Origin: an uncultured Candidatus Finniella sp.
GTDB taxonomy: Bacteria; Pseudomonadota; Alphaproteobacteria; Paracaedibacterales; CAITNM01
Assembly (NCBI GenBank): GCA_964446295.1
Contig: CAYUNR010000003.1
Span: 1 to 48,475, forward strand
DNA length: 48,475 bases
Reading direction: 5' to 3'
The translations under genes and the position numbers were made by a program. A model generated the notes under the pieces. That model was not told the origin of the DNA. It did not search any database and saw only the letters and a list, made by a program, of their open reading frames with translations. Shown in pieces: positions 39,985 through 48,475 of the stretch (position 1 is the stretch's first letter; the number at the start of each line of letters is the position of its first letter).

Positions 39985-42900
39985 GTGAGCATACTTTTTC
40001 GTCATTATTCCAAGTGTATTCAGGCAGTGCTGGCCATTTTCATGGTCACGCACATTGTTGCTGAACCCATGCCCCTTGCAAACCATAAAGACATTGCCAT
40101 TTTTCGTGAAATGAAGAAGCAAGAAATTGCCACAAAAAAAGCAGAATTCAACACAAAGCTAGATGTTGTGGGAGCATTGGGTGTTTTAGAAAATGATCTT
40201 GCTGTTCACATAATCGACCCAATTACATTTTCTCGTTACGCCTTAGGCATGATGATTGGCAATGGCTACCCTGATGGTGTCACCACAGGCCTAAGAGCAA
40301 ATCCTAATGAGCGTGCATACATAGAGCATATTATCAAAATGGCCTCAGCTCATAGTCGTGCCCTTAATTTTTCACCTGATCAAATATGGTCAGCGAATAA
40401 TGATGCGAGATCGATCCCCGCACTTCGCGAACATATTGCCACTTTAAACAATTTATCACGAATAGCTCCTGCAGAACCTTCTTTTGAATATGCGCCACAA
40501 CTTGGTGAGCGCTACCAAGACCTAGACTCTATGCTTCGTGAAATTTGCGCATCGTTTGCTGGTACTCCAGCAGAAGCGTTGATACGCCAAGCTCAAATAG
40601 ATTTTGCTGATGTCAATACAAAACCTTTTCTTCTTACTTTTATATCGCTGTCTGAATTCGAGCAATCAGAAATTGTTGATGTATTTAATAAATATCAGAC
40701 TGATGATGGCATAGATCTTGTAACCGCTTATCGTATTGTAGCTGCTTCTTGCACTAATAAGGATGAAGCTTGGCGTATTATTGAAAGCCATGTCCTTACC
40801 CCAGTTCAGCCTTTAATAGCTGCAATTCCTGCCGGACCCATCACTATGTTAGATCATACAGGTAGCACCCTTGCACAGCGTGATGCCATCAGGGCTTTTT
40901 TGGGTGCTCTTGAAGATCTTGGGTTTTCTGCGAATAAAAAAGAAATCTGTTTGAACGCTTTGTTCAGAACGCTTAATCTTCCTGCCGCAGCACATGCAAT
41001 AGCGCCACCTATTCAAGCTTTGATTGAAGCAATTCCTTTAATGCCAAAAATTACTGATGTACTGGCAGCAACGCGCTTTACCCTAATACACTATCTCCCA
41101 ATAAAAAACTGCTATGCTGCAATAAATCTGCTTGAACCAATCCAAAGAGACATTCATTATTGTGCACTTATTGAAAAAATAAGACGCATTAACTTTGATA
41201 AAGAAAGTGTGCAAATTAATGTTCTCAATCGTCAAAAAAATGTGATGATCGAAGGACTAATAGCAAGCAGATTAAAAGATTTTACCCCACCGAAAGAATT
41301 AATTTCTCCTGTTCCAGCTATAGCTCCTGTCCCTCCGGAAGTTATTGATTCTGTGCATGCTCTTGCTCCTTTGATTGCAGGTCCAAATCTTCATGAGCAT
41401 ATTGCTGAGTATGGTGAGCCACCAAATGCTGGTTTTCCAGCATCTGATGATTACCGATTTATTGACACCTGTTTGGCTTTCAATAATAGATTAGCCAATT
41501 TTTTAGCACGTCACTGCGTAGTCAATTATATTCCAGCAGCTAGCGATGCCCAAAGACAGCAAATTATACATACTGCTCGGCAAAAACTTGCTCAGCTGGA
41601 CACTCATCATCTAGGAACACTGATTGAAAAGAAATGTGCAAAAATTGCTTTAATAGAAGGGGTTTTACATCAACTTTTAAGTAATCAACCAGCCTTACCT
41701 CCACCTCAATTATTGCTACATCATCAGGACACTGTGGCCAATAGAAACGCCATAGTTCAAGCTTTGGTAATAGATAGACTAGCAGAAATGGGATTAGATT
41801 TGGGTGATGATCCAGATACAGAAGACCAAATAAGACAAGCAGTAGAAGCAGAAATTCCCCAAGTTCTTCCTTTACCTGCTGTTGGACATGACTATAGCAA
41901 CGTTCAAAATGTGATTGCATTAATAGACGCAATTCCTCCTCCAGAAACTCATGTTTTCACGAACATGGAAAAAATTAAAGAGATCCCTTCAGCAAATTGG
42001 GACGATAATTTACAAAATTGTGTTTTTGGTGATCATCCAGCATTACGTAGAAATGCAGCAGAATCAGAGCAAGCTTATTGGGCGCGTATTGGACTGTACT
42101 GTATTGGTGTCTACAATACAAAAATAAAACCGCACATCTTTCCTGATCACTTAGAGGCAACTTTTAATGCAGTTGGTGGTGCATTACCTCAGTTATTGCC
42201 TTTTACCACTCCAATGTTTGATGCACCAAATGACGCTAGTAATGTGTTCTCTTTTCATACCCCCGCTGGAGCACCCATCTTTGATCAAGCAGGGAATCTC
42301 TTAACTCAACAAAACATTCCTGCTGGTATGCAAGACAACGTATATGCACAACAAATATACGAATTTGATCTCACTAGAGCAAATCTAAATGCGGCAATTC
42401 CTCAGTTTAGAACAAATATCGCCAGAGCTTATGAGCGGGTCCATGCTTATGCCATAAAAACTTTAACAGAGCTTTTTGACACAGGCACAGCATTAGTTGA
42501 TCCACAGGCAGGTCAAAATCTTGTACACAATTGGGTATTCCCTCATGGTTTTACACCAGAGAGGATAGAATTATGTAAAAAAACCCTGTTTATCTTTTCA
42601 TACTTTGATCGTCCTGGTGGCAATTACGACGAAGATTATGCAGATATGCAAATGTTGATAGGGCGATTTGCCCATTGTCCTGATGGAAAAAAGACAGGAA
42701 TAGAGAACATCGCATCAAGGGCTTTGACCGCATTAACTGGCCAAGTTTTAGCTGAAGCAGAAGATTTCGCTACTTTTGTAAACAATATAATTTTACGTAC
42801 TTTTAAGAGCAATACTGTAGACGAACTGGCTGCTCATCAACATTATGAAAATGTGAGCATTGAAACCACTATAAAACACAGAAATCAAGCTTTCTGGAAT

Positions 42901-43428
42901 ATTCCTACAGCTATCGTACCTGCTTATATAGAGCATTATTTTGATTCAGATTATGCATTTGCATCTGTTATGCCCCCTGCTGGTCAGCGCCTTAGTCTTG
43001 CGCAAAAAATTGCGAATTATCAAAATATGGACCTACTGCTCCAATATTTTTACCAGCATATATATGTTGGGCCACATGAATTAGTGAATCAAATTTATCA
43101 ATACTTGCATTCAGCTAATCAAGTCACTAGAGAAGAATTCTTTGATCATGTTCGTGCCATGTTAAAAACACGTCGTCCTTTTACTGATTGGAAAGATGAA
43201 GATTCAGAACTAGATTTTATAAGAGAACTAATGCAAGAACGTTATTGTTCTGCTGTTGATCCAGCTATGTTCACCAGAAGAGGCATTGAAATCATTCTAT
43301 TTTATGCAGGGTATTTGGCTTGGAATGGCCCTCATCATGAACATCCGCTTATTGCAGATTGGCAAGAAAACCTAGATTGGTTACGTGCTTCTGATGCTGA
43401 TGCTTACAGCAAAATTTATACCCATTAA
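39985..43428 (+). CDS. Very large hypothetical protein (candidate secreted effector)
   Basis: 1147-aa uninterrupted ORF. GTG start with a possible leader (SKCIQAVLAIFMVTHIVA/EP); an alternative ATG lies 19 codons in. No family recognised. The motif (Q).LI.AIP recurs three times. Confidence 0.75.
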   Translation: MSILFRHYSKCIQAVLAIFMVTHIVAEPMPLANHKDIAIFREMKKQEIATKKAEFNTKLDVVGALGVLENDLAVHIIDPITFSRYALGMMIGNGYPDGVTTGLRANPNERAYIEHIIKMASAHSRALNFSPDQIWSANNDARSIPALREHIATLNNLSRIAPAEPSFEYAPQLGERYQDLDSMLREICASFAGTPAEALIRQAQIDFADVNTKPFLLTFISLSEFEQSEIVDVFNKYQTDDGIDLVTAYRIVAASCTNKDEAWRIIESHVLTPVQPLIAAIPAGPITMLDHTGSTLAQRDAIRAFLGALEDLGFSANKKEICLNALFRTLNLPAAAHAIAPPIQALIEAIPLMPKITDVLAATRFTLIHYLPIKNCYAAINLLEPIQRDIHYCALIEKIRRINFDKESVQINVLNRQKNVMIEGLIASRLKDFTPPKELISPVPAIAPVPPEVIDSVHALAPLIAGPNLHEHIAEYGEPPNAGFPASDDYRFIDTCLAFNNRLANFLARHCVVNYIPAASDAQRQQIIHTARQKLAQLDTHHLGTLIEKKCAKIALIEGVLHQLLSNQPALPPPQLLLHHQDTVANRNAIVQALVIDRLAEMGLDLGDDPDTEDQIRQAVEAEIPQVLPLPAVGHDYSNVQNVIALIDAIPPPETHVFTNMEKIKEIPSANWDDNLQNCVFGDHPALRRNAAESEQAYWARIGLYCIGVYNTKIKPHIFPDHLEATFNAVGGALPQLLPFTTPMFDAPNDASNVFSFHTPAGAPIFDQAGNLLTQQNIPAGMQDNVYAQQIYEFDLTRANLNAAIPQFRTNIARAYERVHAYAIKTLTELFDTGTALVDPQAGQNLVHNWVFPHGFTPERIELCKKTLFIFSYFDRPGGNYDEDYADMQMLIGRFAHCPDGKKTGIENIASRALTALTGQVLAEAEDFATFVNNIILRTFKSNTVDELAAHQHYENVSIETTIKHRNQAFWNIPTAIVPAYIEHYFDSDYAFASVMPPAGQRLSLAQKIANYQNMDLLLQYFYQHIYVGPHELVNQIYQYLHSANQVTREEFFDHVRAMLKTRRPFTDWKDEDSELDFIRELMQERYCSAVDPAMFTRRGIEIILFYAGYLAWNGPHHEHPLIADWQENLDWLRASDADAYSKIYTH

Positions 43429-43510
43429 CCACTACATGGAATTTTGAAAAATTGTGGGGTACAATTTAAGGGAATTGGTTTTGGTTTAATACGGCATGAA
43501 TTCCCCCTTC

Positions 43511-43757
43511 GCAGTTTCCCTACGACTTGATCGTAGGGTCCAGTCCTATGACATCCGGACATTACTCACTGGATTCCGCGATCAAGTCGCGGAAAAACTT
43601 GGTGGTAGTAGGCTCGTGACTCTCTTTCTAGTTTCACCGTGGCTAGACCACGGTGTCCAGTTTTATAATATCCGCAAGTATGGATCGCCACAGCCTTTCA
43701 GGCTTCGCGATGACGGTTCCTTCGTCTTTGCGAGCGCAGCGCGGCAATCCACACTTT
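43511..43757. repeat. Largest cluster of dispersed repeats (five units)
   Basis: The units are: 43513-43557 (hairpin CCCTACGA/TCGTAGGG); 43561-43599 (inverted unit, TTCCGCGA/TCGCGGAA); and 43630-43674 (CACCGTGG/CCACGGTG). Also 43686-43718 (inverse of 1729-1761) and 43722-43756 (identical to 48428-48462). The 101-aa ORF 43496..43801 is an artefact of these units. Confidence 0.9.
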
Positions 43758-43805
43758 TGTATAAATTCTACCCCATCAACCCCTTGACCCAAGGATTATA
43801 AACAT

Positions 43806-45467
43806 ATGTTTCCTCGCTTCTTCGCAGTTTTGATCGCTCTCTCAAGCCTTGCAGCGAACACCGTAAACGTGCAGCTTCTAGCACCTGAAAATCACCAAAA
43901 ACAAAATGTTCCCTTTGTCCTGGTTTTTGACCTGCCCGAACACGCCCACATTTACGCCCCCGATAGCGAAGATTCCCCCACCAATATCGAATGGCATTTA
44001 CCCAAAGGCGTCACCCTTGACCACATAAAATGGCCTCCCCTTCAAACTCTAAGCTTGCATGGCCACAAGTTCCAAGCATACGAGGGCAAAGTCCATGTCC
44101 ACGGAACTTTCACGGCAAATGATTCCACCCATGATCTGAGCGCCATCAAAGCCAACATCAGCTATACTGTTTGTGACAAACTTTGCACTCCAGAAAAAAC
44201 CACCACTGCGGTTAAACTTGTAACGCCTTCCCAATGGAACGCTTTGCCAAAACCCCACACCGAACTAGGCTTTTTTAGCTTTCACATGGCGCTGATGTTT
44301 TTATTCGCGCTAATCGGTGGCTTAATTTTGAACTTAATGCCCTGCGTTTTGCCCATTTTGTCTTTAAAAATCATGACCCTTACTCAACACGCACAGCCCA
44401 AAAAACTAAGGGCAAGCGGCCTATTTTTCACGGCCGGCACCGTTGTTAGTTTTTGGGCGCTGGCGGGATTATTACTAGCCTTTCGTGCCGCCGGACACCA
44501 AGTAGGGTGGGGCTTTCAGCTACAATCTCCAGCCGTTGTCACCGCACTTATTTTTGTATTTTTCGCTTTCGCTTTGAATCTATTTGGCGTGTTTGAAATA
44601 GGCACGTCATTTACTAAGCTATCAAGTAAAGGCGGAGATTCCTCAACCCCAATGGGCAGCTTTTTCCACGGAGTGCTCGCCTGCATTGTCGCCACCCCAT
44701 GTTCAGCACCATTTATGGGCGCATCGGTTGGGTTTGCCTTAACTCAAAGTCCCTTTCACGGCTTTGCCATTTTTACAGGCCTTGCCCTTGGGTTATCCGC
44801 TCCATATTTATTAATCTGCTTAAACCCCAAAACCGCCAAATTCCTGCCAAAACCAGGCGGGTGGATGAACACCTTCAAAACCATTTTGGGCTTTGGCATG
44901 GCCGCGTCTGTACTGTGGCTCATGCATGTGCTGGCCGACCAGGTTTCTATGGCGGTATTTTTAAATGTGCTGGTGGCCCTTCTTGCCCTTAGCATTGCCG
45001 CGTGGATTTATGGATACTGGGGTGGGATTAATCGCGCGCCGTACTTGCGATTATTGGCAACTGTCTCAGCTTTAGCATTGAGTGGTGCTGCCTACCACTA
45101 CGCTACCAAACCAACCAATGCCCTCACAGATCAATGGATTGCCTACAACCATACCATGGTTGAAAATTTACGCAAAAAATCCCCTGTGCTGATTGATTTC
45201 ACAGCCAAATGGTGCATAACCTGCCAGGTTAATAAGCAAATGGTGCTGAACACTTCTAAAGCCCATCAATTGTTTAAAGACAAAAACGTCCAATTGGTCA
45301 AAGCCGACTGGACTACCTATGACGCATCTATCACCAAAGCCCTGGAACAATACGGCCGCAGCAGTGTGCCGTTGTATGTGTTGTTATATCCCAATGGACA
45401 TCACAAAATCCTGCCGGAGCTGTTAACTTTTAGCATTCTAAAAGAAGCCTTGGCTGATTTAGGGTAG
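43806..45467 (+). CDS. dsbD: Thiol:disulfide interchange protein DsbD family (N-terminal domain, TM core, C-terminal thioredoxin)
   Basis: 553 aa with a leader. The N-domain carries YTVCDKLC, the TM core carries LMPCVLPIL and ATPCSAPF, and the C-terminal thioredoxin fold carries FTAKWCITCQ. Confidence 0.85.
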   Translation: MFPRFFAVLIALSSLAANTVNVQLLAPENHQKQNVPFVLVFDLPEHAHIYAPDSEDSPTNIEWHLPKGVTLDHIKWPPLQTLSLHGHKFQAYEGKVHVHGTFTANDSTHDLSAIKANISYTVCDKLCTPEKTTTAVKLVTPSQWNALPKPHTELGFFSFHMALMFLFALIGGLILNLMPCVLPILSLKIMTLTQHAQPKKLRASGLFFTAGTVVSFWALAGLLLAFRAAGHQVGWGFQLQSPAVVTALIFVFFAFALNLFGVFEIGTSFTKLSSKGGDSSTPMGSFFHGVLACIVATPCSAPFMGASVGFALTQSPFHGFAIFTGLALGLSAPYLLICLNPKTAKFLPKPGGWMNTFKTILGFGMAASVLWLMHVLADQVSMAVFLNVLVALLALSIAAWIYGYWGGINRAPYLRLLATVSALALSGAAYHYATKPTNALTDQWIAYNHTMVENLRKKSPVLIDFTAKWCITCQVNKQMVLNTSKAHQLFKDKNVQLVKADWTTYDASITKALEQYGRSSVPLYVLLYPNGHHKILPELLTFSILKEALADLG

Positions 45468-45480
45468 GGGGCTGATTATC

Positions 45481-45515
45481 CCACGGCCTAGACCGCGGGA
45501 CCAACCAAACTTAAT
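45481..45515. repeat. 35-nt exact inverted copy of 4605-4639
   Basis: CCACGGCCTAGACCGCGGGACCAACCAAACTTAAT is the reverse complement of 4605-4639. It contains the imperfect hairpin CCACGG-CCTAGA-CCGCGG. Confidence 0.9.
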
Positions 45516-45584
45516 CAAATTTTCTTAACTGCCACAGCGCTAATTTATGGTAAAATTGGCCAACACCTTTAAGCGCACAATTGT

Positions 45585-46379
45585 ATGAGCAATCACAAAA
45601 ACCATCCCTACCATCTGGTTGACCCCAGCCCATGGCCGTTAGCATCGTCTCTTTCGGTGTTGGTTGTGGCTGTTGGGGCGGTTTTATTTATGCGTCATAT
45701 TGACCATTGGGTGTTTATTGTTGGGCTGCTATTGCTTGCAGGGTGTTTTCTGGGTTGGTGGTTAGATGTTTTAAAAGAAGGCAACACAGCAGGTGTGCAC
45801 ACTCCAGCCGTGCAAAAAGGTTTGAAAATTGGCATGGTGTTGTTCATTGCATCAGAAGTCATGTTATTTGCAGCCTTCTTTTGGGGGTACTTTCATGCCA
45901 GCCTTAATGTGGCAAGCCATGCGGCATTTCAGTGGCCACCAAAGGGCATTGTCCCGTTTGATCCCATGCATTTGCCCTATTTGAACACGCTTATTTTGCT
46001 GCTTTCCGGCACAACCCTTACTTGGGCGCACCATGAATTGTTGCAAGGTCAATTTTCAAAGGTCACCAAAGCCTTATCAATTACAGTTGTGCTAGGGCTA
46101 ATTTTTTCTGTGGTGCAAGGGGTTGAATATGCCCACGCCGCCTTTGGTTTGAAAGACGGCATTTATCCATCGAACTTTTACATGGCAACTGGCTTTCACG
46201 GGGCTCACGTTTTAATTGGCACCATCTTTTTATTCATATGCTTGTTACGTAACATGAAACGTGAATTTCAGCCTGACCATCACGTGGGTTTTGAAGCCGC
46301 TGCATGGTACTGGCATTTTGTAGATGTTGTCTGGTTATTCCTTTTTGTGGCTATTTATTGGTATGGGTATGCAAGCTAG
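45585..46379 (+). CDS. ctaE: Cytochrome c oxidase subunit III
   Basis: 264 aa with the signature opening HPYHLVDPSPWPL, seven TM helices, and GFHGAHVLIGT and WYWHFVDVVWLFLF. Confidence 0.9.
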   Translation: MSNHKNHPYHLVDPSPWPLASSLSVLVVAVGAVLFMRHIDHWVFIVGLLLLAGCFLGWWLDVLKEGNTAGVHTPAVQKGLKIGMVLFIASEVMLFAAFFWGYFHASLNVASHAAFQWPPKGIVPFDPMHLPYLNTLILLLSGTTLTWAHHELLQGQFSKVTKALSITVVLGLIFSVVQGVEYAHAAFGLKDGIYPSNFYMATGFHGAHVLIGTIFLFICLLRNMKREFQPDHHVGFEAAAWYWHFVDVVWLFLFVAIYWYGYAS

Positions 46380-46500
46380 ATTTTTAATAAAGGTTAATTA
46401 AAAATCTTTCTAATCATAAGAATTTCGCCATTTTTACAATAAAAGTGGTAAAAAAGCTGCATATATCGCTATTTTTTCTAGTAAAGCTTCATAAACCCTC

Positions 46501-46530
46501 TTGACCGTCTAATAAAACCGCCATTATCAT
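46501..46530 (+). promoter_or_regulatory. Sigma70-like promoter upstream of hup
   Basis: TTGACC-18 nt-TATCAT, about 40 nt upstream of the start codon. Confidence 0.35.
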
Positions 46531-46570
46531 AAAACTGTAATTAACTTAAATTAGTCTAGGAGTGGGTTTC

Positions 46571-46846
46571 GTGAATAAAAGTGATTTAGTAACAAACGTC
46601 GCAAAAGCATCAGGTCTAACTAAGGCAGATGCAGAGCGCGCAATTGACGCAACTTTTCAAACAATTACAAAGTCTCTTAAAAAAGGTGACGATGTTCGTT
46701 TGATCGGTTTCGGTACATTTGCAACAGCTAACCGCAAAGCTACTGAGGGTCGTAATCCTCGTACTGGTGAGAAAATTAAGATTCCAGCAAAGCGTCTTCC
46801 AAAATTCCGTCCAGGAAAGCAATTGAAAGAAGCAGTTGAAAAATAA
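46571..46846 (+). CDS. hup: DNA-binding protein HU
   Basis: 91 aa from the GTG at 46571, with AGGAG about 9 nt upstream. (M)NKSDLV...GFGTF....R.A..GRNPRTGE.I.IPA...P.F.PGK.LK is the HU/IHF signature. The track start at 46562 abuts the SD. Confidence 0.9.
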   Translation: MNKSDLVTNVAKASGLTKADAERAIDATFQTITKSLKKGDDVRLIGFGTFATANRKATEGRNPRTGEKIKIPAKRLPKFRPGKQLKEAVEK

Positions 46847-46866
46847 ATTTCTTTTTGCTACAAAGA

Positions 46867-46895
46867 GGCATGGCCCAATTGGCCATGCCTTTTTT
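46867..46895 (+). terminator. Rho-independent terminator of hup
   Basis: GGCATGGCC-CAATT-GGCCATGCC (perfect 9 bp) followed by TTTTTT. Confidence 0.8.
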
Positions 46896-46899
46896 AAAT

Positions 46900-46974
46900 G
46901 GGTGATTAGCTCAGCGGTAGAGCGTCTCGTTTACACCGAGAGGGTCGGAGGTTCAATCCCTTCATCACCCACCA
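46900..46974 (+). tRNA. tRNA-Val (anticodon UAC), CCA encoded
   Basis: Manual cloverleaf. Acceptor stem GGGTGAT/ATCACCC and D arm GCTC-AGCGGTA-GAGC. Anticodon arm TCTCG-TTTACAC-CGAGA and T arm GGAGG-TTCAATC-CCTTC. Discriminator A, then CCA. Confidence 0.9.
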
Positions 46975-46991
46975 TTTTCCTTATCATCGCC

Positions 46992-47096
46992 ATGTTGTTC
47001 CTGTCTGCCTGCGGGCGTAAGGGCAAACTTGAACCCGATGACAAAGACTTGTACCCTAGAACATATCCAATTTTCTCAGAAGAAACCTTGAAGTGA
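46992..47096 (+). CDS. Possible small lipoprotein (LptM/YifL-like CGRKG motif)
   Basis: MLFLSACGRKGKLEPDDKDLYPRTYPIFSEETLK has the lipobox LSAC followed by GRKG.LEP, as in small alphaproteobacterial lipoproteins. From this ATG the leader is too short, and the frame upstream runs into the tRNA. Its stop overlaps the next gene's GTG. Confidence 0.3.
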   Translation: MLFLSACGRKGKLEPDDKDLYPRTYPIFSEETLK

Positions 47097-48406
47097 AGCT
47101 TTTCAAACTTTTCGTCTTTTTCTTAAGCCTTAACCTCCACATTTCCGCCGAATTCAAGCAACACAGCATTATTGTTGATGCACGCGCTGAAAAATTAGTC
47201 AGTAGCATTTTAGAGCGCTTGTGCAGATCCAGTAAGCTTTTGTTTGTGCCAAAAATCTATTTCGTTGTTGATAAAAGCATTAACGCCTTTGCAACCGATG
47301 AAGCGAAAATCTTCATTCACACCGGGCTTATTATCAAATTTAAAAATGTGAAGCAGCTAGCCGCCGTGCTTGCCCACGAGTTGGGACATATTACCGGTGG
47401 GCACATGCACCGCATGAACCATGAAATGAAAGGCGCTACAGCCGCTTCTGTCATAGGTACCTTATTAGGTGGTGCAGCAGCATTGGCAGGCGGGGGCATG
47501 GAAGCCCTTATAGGCGGTGCAATGTTGGGGCAGGGCGCTGCCATGGGTACATTTGCTAGCTTTTCCAGAACGCACGAGAAAGAAGCAGACGCAGCAGGCT
47601 TTCGCATGATGCAAGAAGCTGATCTTAGCACTGAAGGCTTTATTGAAACCTTCGAACTATTTAAAAAAATGAATACCTTCGGTGAAATTCCCTATCTGCA
47701 GACGCACCCTAGTGACCAAGACCGTATCAACGCCATTAAAGCATACCGCGAAAAAACCCCTGACCATGGCGCAATTCCCGCTGAATGGGAACAGGAATTC
47801 CAAATGGTTCAAGCTATTTTTATGGCAAATTTGAGCAAACCATCAGAGGTTGAGCGCTTCTACTATCGCAAAGATACCCCCGCCGCAAAGATTGCTAAGG
47901 TTATTATTTGCGCACGTAAAGGCCAATATGACCAGGCCCTTACCAAATTAAACGATCTTATTGAGCAAAGTCCCAATAATCCATATCTCTACGAAATGCG
48001 CGGTCAGTTTGCCTTTGAATCGGGTAATAGCGCTAATGCCGTGCGAGATTTGAAAAAGGCGGTTAGCCTAGCACCCGATGCCCTATCAATTCGCCTGCTC
48101 TGTGCCCAAGCTTTGTTTACAAGCTCATCTGACAATGCCCAAGAAGCATTGGATCAATTAAACCGCATCACCCAAGATGACCCCGATAACGTCATGGCCT
48201 GGCTGCTTAAGGTTGGAGCCCACCGCAAGCTGAATCAAGCAGGCCAAGCTGATCTTGCCCAAGCTGAGGCGGCAATGCGCATGGGCGATGCACGCCTGGC
48301 TGTTAGCCGTGCTAAACGCGCCCAAAAAAGCACCAATCCCAAAGTCAAAGAACAAGCAACAATGCTGTTAGATGATAACCGCTTAAGTGGCAAAGAAGAC
48401 GATTAA
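47093..48406 (+). CDS. M48-family Zn metalloprotease with C-terminal TPR domain (BepA/YfgC-like)
   Basis: 437 aa with leader MKLFKLFVFFLSLNLHISA. HELGHITGGH (HExxH), a downstream EKEADAAG, and THPS..DR. TPR-like C-terminus (NPYLYEMRGQFAFESGNSANAVRDLKKAVSLAPD). Confidence 0.85.
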   Translation: MKLFKLFVFFLSLNLHISAEFKQHSIIVDARAEKLVSSILERLCRSSKLLFVPKIYFVVDKSINAFATDEAKIFIHTGLIIKFKNVKQLAAVLAHELGHITGGHMHRMNHEMKGATAASVIGTLLGGAAALAGGGMEALIGGAMLGQGAAMGTFASFSRTHEKEADAAGFRMMQEADLSTEGFIETFELFKKMNTFGEIPYLQTHPSDQDRINAIKAYREKTPDHGAIPAEWEQEFQMVQAIFMANLSKPSEVERFYYRKDTPAAKIAKVIICARKGQYDQALTKLNDLIEQSPNNPYLYEMRGQFAFESGNSANAVRDLKKAVSLAPDALSIRLLCAQALFTSSSDNAQEALDQLNRITQDDPDNVMAWLLKVGAHRKLNQAGQADLAQAEAAMRMGDARLAVSRAKRAQKSTNPKVKEQATMLLDDNRLSGKEDD

Positions 48407-48427
48407 TTAATGCGTCGTCATATTTTA

Positions 48428-48462
48428 ATCGTCTTTGCGAGCGCAGCGCGGCAATCCACACT
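48428..48462. repeat. GTCTTTGCGAG-type repeat, direct copy of 43722-43756
   Basis: TCGTCTTTGCGAGCGCAGCGCGGCAATCCACACTT is identical over 35 nt to 43722-43756. Confidence 0.9.
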
Positions 48463-48475
48463 TATCCTATGAAAT

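Noticed and set aside
43511-43757. Possibility that the clustered hairpin repeats are a CRISPR array
   Set aside because: The units differ in sequence and orientation and are not separated by regular unique spacers. The same units occur singly across the window, and no cas genes are present.
43496-43801. 101-aa ORF upstream of dsbD
   Set aside because: It is made entirely of five concatenated repeat units (43511-43757). The same units are non-coding and inverted at other sites.
46836-47096. 86-aa ORF spanning the hup terminator and tRNA-Val
   Set aside because: It overlaps a well-folded tRNA and a strong terminator. Only its last 34 codons are considered, at low confidence, as a possible lipoprotein.
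1-48475. Transposases, integrases, rRNA genes, riboswitch-like leaders, additional tRNAs
   Set aside because: None was recognised by eye in the ORF track or intergenic sequence. The absence of a transposase means the repeats cannot be tied to an autonomous element within this window.

Overview
All domain calls rest on motif recognition by eye plus the supplied ORF track; no database search or structure prediction was run. The window is AT-rich. It looks like chromosome from a host-associated, probably intracellular, alphaproteobacterium. That placement is an inference from four things: an RcGTA-type gene order, a mitochondrion-like cytochrome oxidase subunit III, ankyrin/LRR/NHL-type secreted proteins, and dense intergenic hairpin repeats.

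Layout:
(i) 62-1549: three translationally coupled phage-like ORFs ending in a SleB-type cell-wall hydrolase.
(ii) 1903-10802: surface or secreted proteins (NHL-repeat protein, LRR protein, a PEBP/YbhB fusion, a His-rich peptide) plus an EamA transporter.
(iii) 10831-15608: an RcGTA-like head-neck module (portal, prohead protease, HK97 capsid, gp6-like connector, head-closure, g8-like, putative tail protein). No terminase, tape measure or baseplate genes are adjacent.
(iv) 16029-37831: a ~22-kb block where 18 of 21 intact ORFs carry N-terminal export signals and almost none has a recognisable function. It is organised in paralog families defined mainly by shared leader cassettes. It is interrupted only by a housekeeping DEAD-box helicase and a HepT/MNT toxin-antitoxin pair.
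(v) 37979-48406: an MFS transporter, a 1147-aa orphan, then housekeeping genes (DsbD, CtaE, HU, tRNA-Val, M48/TPR protease).

Most interesting candidates:
(a) A tandem array of seven secreted, mostly coiled-coil genes. They share one promoter/SD/TTG-start/signal-peptide cassette and one terminator but have unrelated bodies.
(b) A second secreted family built from an unrecognised ~45-aa repeat domain ('RDG.DSAIA'), with a mosaic frameshifted member at a poly(A)7 tract.
(c) A dispersed hairpin repeat family whose 8-bp stems differ between copies yet stay perfectly complementary.
(d) A secreted PEBP (Raf-kinase-inhibitor-like) fusion protein.

No rRNA, CRISPR array, transposase or integrase was seen.
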